DNA of 61,788 nucleotides, filler included, from Dugesia japonica (lineage: Eukaryota), in assembly GCA_001938525.1 (NCBI GenBank). It is 6 parts of 6 records of this genome, joined end to end, with 100 filler letters (N's around TTAATTAATTAA, not from the genome) between each part and the next. Parts side by side here need not be neighbours in the genome. Positions count along the whole stretch, not along the records: positions 52,279 to 61,788 come from MQRL01598856.1; 5 more parts are not named here. The stretch is one strand, 5' to 3'. The notes below the pieces were generated by a model. The model was not told where the DNA came from. It worked only from the letters and a program-made list of their open reading frames with translations, and ran no database searches. Below are positions 52,279 through 61,788 of the stretch, in pieces. Position 1 is the first letter of the stretch. Each line of letters begins with the position of its first letter. Both the position numbers and the translations under genes were made by a program.

Positions 52279-52440
52279 TATTGATTTCAGATGCGATTGA
52301 TTGAAAATCTGATCCAATCAAATTTTTTGATTGAACCAAAATGAGAAAAAAATTTTTAATTAATGAGAGTTTTTGACGGAATTTTAAATTTTATTATAAT
52401 TTTTTAAAAATTTTGTTTTAAAAAAAATTTTAAAATTGCG

Positions 52441-52473
52441 AGTGCACATACGGGTGCACTGTTTTATTGTTAG
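52441..52473 (+). mobile_element. Helitron-like 3' terminus
   Basis: Hairpin agtgcac-atacgg-gtgcact, then 9 nt and TTAG|T. Confidence 0.4.
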
Positions 52474-52479
52474 TGTGTA

Positions 52480-52660
52480 AGAATATATATTTTATTCTCG
52501 AATTTCGCTTCTACCTTTATCGTACCTACGATTTTAAGTGGATTACTATTGGCACATATTAAATTATCTTCACCTTTTAATATATTAACCTGTATCAATC
52601 TTTCCAAAATTCTCAAAATCATCACATTAACACTTGCTACAGTGTCTAACAACCAATCAA
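52480..52660 (-). mobile_element. Gypsy aspartic protease fragment
   Basis: WLLDTVASVNV...LICANSNPLKIVG. Confidence 0.7.
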
Positions 52661-52689
52661 NNNNNNNNNNNNNNNNNNNNATTATTTTC

Positions 52690-54000
52690 AAATAAAGATT
52701 TTACAGAGGAAAAGATGGCTGCAAAGATGCTAGCATATTGTTCAGATAACGAAAATGTTGAAGAAGAAGTGACTTTGCGGAAACGAGAGAATATAGAAGA
52801 AATTGAAAAACCAATGATGTAAGTAGATCGAGTAAACAAAAACAGAGATCAAGTTGATGCAGTTAGAATTTAGGTGAGAGTTACAAGTCAAAATTATCAG
52901 AAACCTTTAGGTTTTACAGTGAATAGACATGTAGAGCAAAGAAAGGAAAAACAAAATATCGAATGTTGGTTATGTCATAAGATCGGCCATACTAAAGCAA
53001 ATTGTCNNNNNNNNNNNNNNNNNNNNNNNNNNNNNNNNNNNNNNNNNNNNNNNNNNNNNNNNNNNNNNNNNNNNNNNNNNNNNNNNNNNNNNNNNNNNNN
53101 NNNNNNNNNNNNNNGCGTAATTATCCACAAGGAGTTGAAAAGTAGGATTATAAGGGAAAGGCTACAGAAAAACTATACAGGTTTTAAAAAAAAACCAAAG
53201 AAATAAGTTGAATGTATACTTAATACAGGGGCTCAAAGTAATGTTTTATGTTTGAGTTATTTTAATAAATTACAAGAAGCACATTTAGAAATGAGTGATG
53301 AAATATTGCGTTGTACAAATATGAGTATACTTGAAATGGTTGGGAAAGTTAGAACTGGGGTTATAATTGATGAAGTTTGCAAAGAGATTACTTTCTTAGT
53401 TGTTAAAAGAGTGGCACCATATCTGATAGGAAAAATAGAATATTTTTGGAAATCAGCTTATGCAAATGGTCGATAGCAAAACGAATGAAAATGTTGAAAA
53501 TTACATTTGCAATATTAAAGCAAAATTTGGGAAACAAATTAAAAAAGAAGATCAATTGACAAAAGTCTTTAATTCTCTAAAGATTAAAGAGGATCAACGA
53601 TTATTGATAATAATTAGAATTAAAGAAAATGCTTTTATGGCAGATAAATTGGATGCAGGACGCACACATCTGACAAGACACAAAATAAATGTAAGTATTG
53701 AACCAATCAATATAACACCGTACAGCAGCCAATGAACTTAAAATCTAAAATTGAGTAAGCTATCCATAACCTTTTGAAAATACTATTGGTATGATATGCG
53801 ACTCTCCATGAAATACCCCACTAGTTTTGGTTTAGAAAAAAAAGAAGAATATAAAAATATGTTTGAATTTCAAATAAATAAATGCAGTAACGAAATGATA
53901 AGCTTTTTCGATGCATAATGTCCATGAAATGCTGGACACTATAGATGGATCTTAATATTTTATTTCAATAGATTTAGTGAATGCGTGCTATCAGGTAGAA
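52690..54000 (+). mobile_element. Ty3/gypsy gag-PR-RT remnant
   Basis: ECWLCHKIGHTKANC, CILNTGAQSNVL, SP*NTPLVLV and YFISIDLVNACYQVE motifs. Confidence 0.85.
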
Positions 54001-54092
54001 TATGCAAACCAAGTGATGTCACATAATTTAGGAATGTCACATCACTGTAGTGGAATTATTAGTGATTTTCCGTTTTACGGCTAATTTAAATC

Positions 54093-54784
54093 TTATTATT
54101 TATTATCTTTTAATGTCATTTCACATCAATGTGGTATAAACCTATATAAAACAAGAGTTACTTACTTAGTGCTTTAGAAAAAAAGAATTTAGATTTATAT
54201 AATAGTAGGTGTCAAGAACAGCACACATTTGGTGCCCACCAGATTAGTGATGTAATGAAACTTAATCAGAATGCATTTAGTTGGGAATTTAAAAATTACA
54301 TCATAAAATCATTAGGTAACTATTACGTTACTATTTTTAAATTTCTATGTGTATTTAGTTGGGAAAAGATTTTAGGGTATTTTAAGTGGTAATTTTTTTT
54401 CAGGAGTTTTAAGTGAGAAAATTTTTTTATTGGAATTATTTATATGAATCCAGGTAAAACGTTCATGTTGTTTAAAAAATATATGAAAAAATTTTTTTAT
54501 GAATGAATTTTTAATGGGAGTCTGAATGAACAGTCAAAGTTTTGAAAAAATATGTTCAATATATCAGATTCTAAAGATTTTTTTACCAAACTGTAAAGAA
54601 TTTTACGACAATCATTTCTCACAAAACTTTTTGAAAATAAATAAATGAAGTTTTGTGGTGAAAAATTCTGAAATTTTAGAGTTTAGTCCTAATATCTCTG
54701 TGCTCAGATAACAGTTATCGACTCAAATTTGGTATTAGTTTACTCAAGAGGAAAAGATGACTGTAGAAAGTTAAAATATCATCT
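54093..54784 (+). repeat. Left arm of a ~690-bp inverted repeat (Polinton-like TIR)
   Basis: Reverse complement of 61132-61788 along its whole length, with small indels. Confidence 0.9.
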
Positions 54785-55874
54785 CTGACCACTAAACTCA
54801 GAAATATGAGATTTTTTCACTACAAAACTTAATTTATTTAATCAAGTATTAACTTTGGCGATTAGGTTAACATATTTGAAATCAAATAGAAACTTTGCTG
54901 ACATATTTGAGAAGAAAAAATTTCGAAAAATTCTTGTGCAAAATACTGGGAAAACCAAAAATGATCGCCGTTATAATCGATTTGATATATCTAAAAATAA
55001 CTATATGTTGTAAAAATTAAAAAAATTATTTTTAAAATGTTTGATTCTCAGGATTCCCATAAAAAATTTATACAAACAATTTTTAAATTTTCATATTTTA
55101 AAAAGGGGATGTGAGTATCGATTCATGAATTTCGGATGTCTGAGATTTTTCTATTTTTATATTAAGATTGGTTTTTTTGAAATTTTAAAAATATAAAATT
55201 TTAAAAATAATAAGGTTGAAAAAAAAAATATTTAGGTAAAACAAAGATATTTTAAATTAAAGTTAAAATTTTACACGGTGTTAAGTTATAAAATTTTAAA
55301 AATTATTTTCTAAAAAGAGGTTTAAAAATAATTATTTTGGAATTTAAAAAACCAATATTTTTGAAAAATATTTTATTAAGATTTCTCAGATTATTTGCTT
55401 GAAATTTGTGAATTGTTATTTCATATTTTTATTTTGTAAGAAAAGACTAGTAATAATCAATAAACAATTTATGGAGACTTGTGAGACTTAAAATTTAACT
55501 AATAGGCCGGATTCTTATAAAAAAAAATTCCTACCTAAAAAGTCAGGAAAAATATTGTTGTAAAGCCTAAAAAAATGTCCAACTAAAACCACAGGTAAAA
55601 TTAGCCTATCCTATTTATATTACTTAAAATTTAAATGAGGAAATTAATCTCATGAAATAATTTGTGTGCAAATAATTTTCCCAACTAAAACCACAGGAAA
55701 AAAGTAGCCTCATCTGGATTGGATTTTTTAATGCACATAAGATGTGCCACCGCCTATTTACATTGAAAAATATTCCCTTACTTACGTAATAATCCGATTA
55801 CGTCGGTGCGGGGCTTACCAAATTTGTGGTGAGGTTCCCCACTACTATCTATCTACTGGTATGATTGTTTGATA

Positions 55875-56418
55875 AACCTCCTTGTTCCAAATGCAATATC
55901 AGTAGAAAAATAAGGTTTGATCTACCTGTGGTTTTACATAATTTGAAAGGGTATGATCTCCATCATATATTGAAATATAGTCTTAGTAAAATTTCAAATT
56001 GGGATATTTCTTGCATTCAACTTACTAGCGAAATACTGATAAAAAATGGTGACCTTTACTTCCAAACCGAGTTTTAGGAAAATATTTAAAATTGAAAATG
56101 ATCTGATCGTGGTTCAACTCAATAAGGATGTTATTTATTTCGATCTTCCCAGTAATATTGGTAATCTGTACTTAATTTATCTTAGCTTAGAATGTATCAG
56201 CTTCAAAAATTTGTCTTCGAAAAATACCGTAAAAAAGAGAAATATTGTATAAATATTGTTGCAGGTGACATAGATAGCTTAATTCTAGAGGTTAAAAATA
56301 TTAAATTAGAGAAATTGTTATACTTAATGGTTCAAGATGATCTTCTTGACACAAAAATCATGTACTTTTCAATAATGGCTTGAATTCGGTTGTAAGGAAA
56401 TTTAAAGACGAGTCCAAA
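55875..56418 (+). pseudogene. Second copy of the internally deleted pPolB segment
   Basis: Direct repeat of 60010-60567. VVLHNLKGYDLHHILKY is fused to a region carrying AGDIDSLIL. Confidence 0.85.
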
Positions 56419-56971
56419 GTGACTGTACAAATTTAAAATATCATCTCGGGAAAAATGCTTCCTAACGAATATGTACAGCCGTCCTCCCAGGAAAATATCA
56501 AAAGTACCTCAAAGTTTATAGAAATTTATATTATTCGACTGACCTTTTACGATGAGTTCGAATAAAACCGTTAAAAATCAACAAATAAAAAATTATAGAG
56601 AAACAAATACTTTATTTTGTAATCCCTAGGATTACTAAAAATTATAAAAATTCACTATAAAAACTAAATAATTAGATAAAGTCATTTTTCAAATTAAAGA
56701 TTTATTCAATAAAAATCTGATCAATCTGTCTGTTCTTTGATTATTGAACTGTTTGAAAATACGGAAAAAATTAATTAATTAATTGTTATGTACCTTAATA
56801 TCTTTATTTTTTAATTTTATAATATATGTGTATATTTTGTATGTTAAACATACATACACATATATTATAATAACAATAACATATAATAAAAATTATTGAA
56901 AAAAAACTGTCGATAAATAATATTGACAAACAAATAAAAATTCAAAAATTAAAGTAAGAATTTAAAAAAAC

Positions 56972-58350
56972 TTGGCAACCGCCAAAAGCTGAAAAAAGCA
57001 GAATTAAAATTTTAAAATAAACCAAATGACTTTTTGAGACTGCTCAAACAAAACGTGGAATATTTACAACCAAATATTACAAACTCTGGCTCAACCAAGT
57101 TTTTAAAAGAGTTTTTTATGCGGGCGATGCCCCCTAAAATAAGCAAAATCCTCGCAGCCAGCAACACAGAAAACCTAAAAACGATGGTAGAAATTGCTGA
57201 TAAGATTAACGATGAAAAATTCCAAACTATCATAAAATTCCATCTGCTAATTAAAACAACCAAAACAGTAACACAAAATTACTTATAAAATCCCTGATGT
57301 ACAAAATGGACGAGGTATTCACTGAAAATAAGAAAATAAGAAAAGAAATAAACGAAATAAAGAATTCTCGGACACAAAAACAAAATTACGGCCCTTATAG
57401 AAACTACAACAGTAACATACAGTCTAAGGCTTACTCACAAAATTGATCTCAGTCAAACAATAAGGATTACAAACAATTTTTCAAGAAAAACGAAAATAAA
57501 ACGCGAAATTGTGTTATTTTCAAAGAAAGTGTTCGGACAAAGCCTATAAGTGCATCAAACCGTGCACATGTAATCCCAAACAGGTGAAACCGAAAACATC
57601 GCCAGTTGTAGTACCTACATTCGTTAGCATTAATCACACTTTCACGGTACATTCAAATAATATGGAAATTTTAATAGATACCGGTTCAGTGATTTCATTC
57701 CTCCCACACTACCTATACAAAAACAACCTGAAAACAAACAAAACTTTAACAACTGCAAACGGTTCAAGAATTGACACATTTGGTGACCAACAAATAGAAA
57801 TCACCATCAATAACAGAACCTACAAATGGACCTTCACAAATTGCTGGTAGATTGTCACAACAGGAAATTAACAGAAAATTTAAGCACTAAAACCCCAATA
57901 AATACAGCAAAGTTTAACAGAACTACAAAAACCAAAATAGACATAGGATAAATGAACATAACCCCAACTGAATATCAAAAGCACAATTTAACAATCTTGA
58001 TCCAAATAAAAATTTTATTTAAAAAATACGAAGGTATTACTGGAGAAATAGAAATTTCAGAAAATTTTTCCTACATAACAGAGCACGCCATCATAACTAA
58101 TGATAATCCAGTGCACGCAAAAGTTAGACAACTTGACCCCAACAAAACGGAAATTACAAAACCAATATTCTCAAACTTGGAGAAAAACAATATCGTGAAA
58201 CAATCGAAATCTAACTGGTCATCCGCACTAATGCTCAAACAGAAAGCGAATGGTGAATGAAGAGCATGCGGTGACTACATAATGTTAAATAAAATAACGG
58301 TACCGGACAATTACTCGTTACCAATTATTAACGATATCATAAACAGAGTT
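56972..58350 (+). mobile_element. Ty3/gypsy gag-PR-RT remnant (different lineage)
   Basis: PBS-like tggcaaccgcc. CYFQRKCSDKAYKCIKPC, ILIDTGSVISFLP and SNWSSALML..RACGDY..LNKITVPDNY motifs. Confidence 0.85.
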
Positions 58351-58699
58351 AATGATTATGTTCCTCCCTGTAAAAAACTAAAATTATAAAAAATAGATAT
58401 AAGTGACGATGAACCAGAGATTACGGTTGAGGTATCTAATACTCCAGTTGCGGATCTAGTGGTCGATCTATCTGTTAATTCAGTTAATGATCCGACTGTT
58501 GATCTATTTGAAAACTCTAAGGTTACTGATGATAAAATATGAAGTTTTAAGGTGATTGATGAATGGTTTGATGATTATACTTTTAATAAGGAAATAGGTA
58601 ATGAAGACAATGTTCTGAATAAGTGTTTATAAGAAAACAAAGTTGGCGGTTCTATTATTCTTGATGAACATATTGTAGAGACATACTTATGTAAGTATT

Positions 58700-60893
58700 A
58701 TCGAGTAATAAAGTTATAGGTTTCTAGTTATAATATGAGAGAAATTATACTGACGGAAAAATTAATTAAATTATTTAATTTAATCAAGGAAAAATCTAAA
58801 AATCTAAAAATTCAATTTGGTATTGAAGTTGAATTTGTTAAGGATGAAGATATTAAGACTTGTAGGTTGTCTAATAGGACTGTTCCATTTACCGATGATT
58901 TCTTTGATGTAGACATTAAACAGCTAAACGAAAAAATAGTTATACGATCAGAATTAGGTAGCAGTTGGATCTTAAACCGAAGTTTAGAAATTTCTTTCAA
59001 ATTATATAAGATAAGTAATATAAATGGACTCCCTAAACGTAGTGTGATCAATGCTTCAAAAGATTTAAAAGATAAAAAGACTATTGTTAACGTTAAGAAT
59101 AGTGATGATCTTTCTTTTATATACAGTATTCTTGCGGTACGTAAACGAGATGAAATAAAATAAAAAATTTATGGTGAGTAAAAAAATCTAATGAATACTT
59201 ATATGAGTTAAGGTTTGACTAAACCGAAATACCGATGAGATTGTCTAATATCCAAAGGTTTGAAAAAGAAAACATAGGACTTTCAATTAATGTCTTATCT
59301 TGGAATTCTGTTGCTATTGATGCATGTGAGGATGATGAGCTTTTAATGAAGCATACAAATATGGATATAATTTATAAGAGTATGGTTGAGGAGGACGAAA
59401 AATTAATATTTTATTGCTAGAAAATAAGGATAAGTTTCATTACACTGCAGTAATGAATTAAAATAGACTGATTAATCATGATGTAAGAAAAAATGGGACG
59501 CAAATCCAATTGTCTTGGTGTCCAAATTGCTTGACTGCATTTAGGGATAAGACTGCATTTGAGAAACATGAACCATTTTGTAAAAGGTTTCAAACTGATA
59601 CAACTCTTTATAGAATGCTTGATGAGAAAAAGTTAATATTAACGGTGACTATAAAGTTATCACTCATTCTTTTGTAATTTATACTTATTTAGAATCAGTT
59701 TTACCAAGACAATCAAAATACTTTCAACGTCATGAACCAATTTCTACTGGACTTTTACTAGTAAATAATTTTACTAATGAAACTAAGTAAATTCATCGAC
59801 TATATTTGCATTACCGATTTCTTGCAAATGATAGAGGATATAACGACACATAATGTTTACTCATATTATTTAAATAAAAGTCAAAAATCAATTATAATAA
59901 CACGCGATGATGAAATTAGTTTGATAAATTCAAAAATATGCTATTTATGCAATAAACAAATAATTAATCCAGTAAGAGACCATAATCATTTTACCTGTAA
60001 TTATATAGGAACCTGCTTGTTCCAAATGCAATATTAGTAGAAAAATAAGGTTTGATCTTCATGTGGTTTTACATAATTTGAAGGGATATGATCTTCATCA
60101 TATATTGAAATATGGTCTAAGTAGATTTTCAAATTAGGATATTTCTTGCATTCAACTTACTGGCGAAATAGTGATAAAAGTTGGTGACCTATACTTCCAA
60201 ACCGAGTTTAAGGAAAATATTTTAAAATTGATAATGATCTGATCGCTGCTCAACTTAATAAGGATGTTATTTTTTTGGATCTTCCTAGTTACATTGGCAA
60301 TATGTACTAAATTTATCTAAGCTTAGAATGTATCAGCTACAATAGGTTGACTTAGAAAAATACTGTAAAGAAGAGAAATATTGTAAAAATATTGTTGCAG
60401 GTGACATAGATAGCTTAATTCTAGAGGTTAAAAATATTAAATTAAAAAAATTGTTATACTTAATGGTCCAAGATAATCTTCTTGACACATCAAATTTTGC
60501 TAAAAATCATGTAATTTTCAATAATGGCTTGAATTTTGTTGTAGGGAAATTTAAAGACGATTCCAAAAATTTAAGGTATAAGGAATGGATTTTTCTGAGA
60601 CCAAATTGTTACAGTCTGCTTAGCGGAAAAACTTCTTTGAACGCTAAGGGTGTAAAATTAAGAGATACTGACATAAATCATCAATCATACCTTCATTGTT
60701 TTAATAATAATCAAAAAGTCTCAGTAAATTAATTTAGAATTTTTACTAAAGACCACGCAATATTCACTTCTAATAAACCAAAAGTAGCATTAACAAACAT
60801 GTATGATGATAAATAGTATAGGTAGAACAGAATAAAAGTTTACCATACGGATATTATGATATGCCACCTTCTAAGAAAGACGAATCAGAATAA
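58700..60893 (+). pseudogene. Polinton/Maverick-type protein-primed DNA polymerase B, frameshifted and internally deleted
   Basis: GSSWILNR, KKTIVNVKNSDD, FEKENIGLSINV, WCPNCL..FEKHEPFC, CYLC..VRDHNHFT (endonuclease VII-like), HNLKGYD (ExoII), GDIDS (motif C), GKFKDD, LRPNCYS, AKGVK and LPYGY motifs. Confidence 0.88.
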
Positions 60894-61004
60894 AATCAAA
60901 TAATGTAAAGGTAATAATTTGTTATTTATTAAATTTTAATTAATTAATTAATTTTTTCAGTGTTTTCAAACCTGTTAATAGTCAAACAACAGTTTTTCCT
61001 ACTC

Positions 61005-61788
61005 ACTGAAAGGTTTCCAGTCCAATAGTATAAATGTCGATAACATTTAATGTACTTTTGATATTTTCGAAAAATGTCACCGAGTTTCGAGAGGGTGGCT
61101 GTACATATTCGTTAGGAAGCTTTTTTTCACTAGATGATATTTTAACTTTGTACAGCCATCTTTTCCTCTTGAGTAAACTAATACCAAATTTGAGTCGATA
61201 ACTGTTATCTGAGCACAGAGATCTTAGCACTGAAATTTCAGAATTTCTCACCATAAAACTTCATTTATTTATTTTCAAAACGTTTTGTGAGAAATTATTG
61301 TCGTAAAATTCTTTACAGTTTGGTATAAAAATCTTTAGAATCTGATATATTGAACATACTTTTGACTGTTTACCCAGACTTCCATTAAAAAATTTTTTTG
61401 TTCAAATTTTTTTAAACAACATGAACGTTTTACCTGGATTCATATAAATAATTCCAATAAAAACATTTTCCCACTTAAAACTCCTGAAAAAAAATTACTA
61501 TTAAAATAGCCTAAAATCTTTTTCCCAACTAAATACACAGAAATTAAAAAATAGTAACGTATTAGTTACCTAATGATGATTTTATGATGTAATTTTTAAA
61601 TTCCCAACTAAATGCATTCGGATTAAGTTTCATTACATCACTAATCTGTTGGGCACCAAATGTTCTTGACGCCTACTATTATATAAATCTAAATTCTTTT
61701 TTTCTAAAGCACTTAGTAAGTAACCCTTGTTTTATATAGGTTTATACCACATTGATGTGAAATGACATTAAAAGATAATAAATAATAA
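61005..61788 (-). repeat. Right arm of the Polinton-like inverted repeat (runs off the window)
   Basis: 61132-61788 pairs with 54093-54784. ~61010-61160 also pairs with 56420-56545. Confidence 0.88.

Noticed and set aside
61003-61254. 83-aa minus-strand ORF
   Set aside because: It lies within the inverted-repeat arm and has no recognisable motif.

Overview
This is AT-rich eukaryotic (invertebrate animal) DNA with GT-AG introns, many only 40-56 bp, and abundant (AAT)n tracts. The style is consistent with a planarian-type genome, but that is not provable from the window. It is not one locus: five identical 100-bp spacers (N44-TTAATTAATTAA-N44) join six ~10-kb pieces (1-10584, 10685-20501, 20602-31318, 31419-41107, 41208-52178, 52279-61788). 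Host genes, all partial and spliced by eye: a probable ROCO-type COR plus tandem-TIR protein (652-10560, +), Rogdi 3' exons (11051-11463, +), RPGR/RCC1-repeat (20624-30322, -), an IP3 receptor (31510-40790, +) and one ankyrin exon (51542-51728, +). The rest is mostly decayed mobile DNA: Ty3/gypsy (one full-length copy with short LTRs), mariner, hAT, MULE, Merlin-like and piggyBac-like remnants, and Helitron-like ends. There are two main points of interest. (1) A Penelope-like family carries minimal hammerhead ribozymes and shows a recurrent inversion or fold-back just upstream of its ORF start. (2) Polinton/Maverick (adintovirus-like) relics include a major-capsid fragment, a duplicated internally deleted protein-primed PolB and ~690-bp inverted repeats. 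All family assignments rest on remembered motifs; no searches were run.
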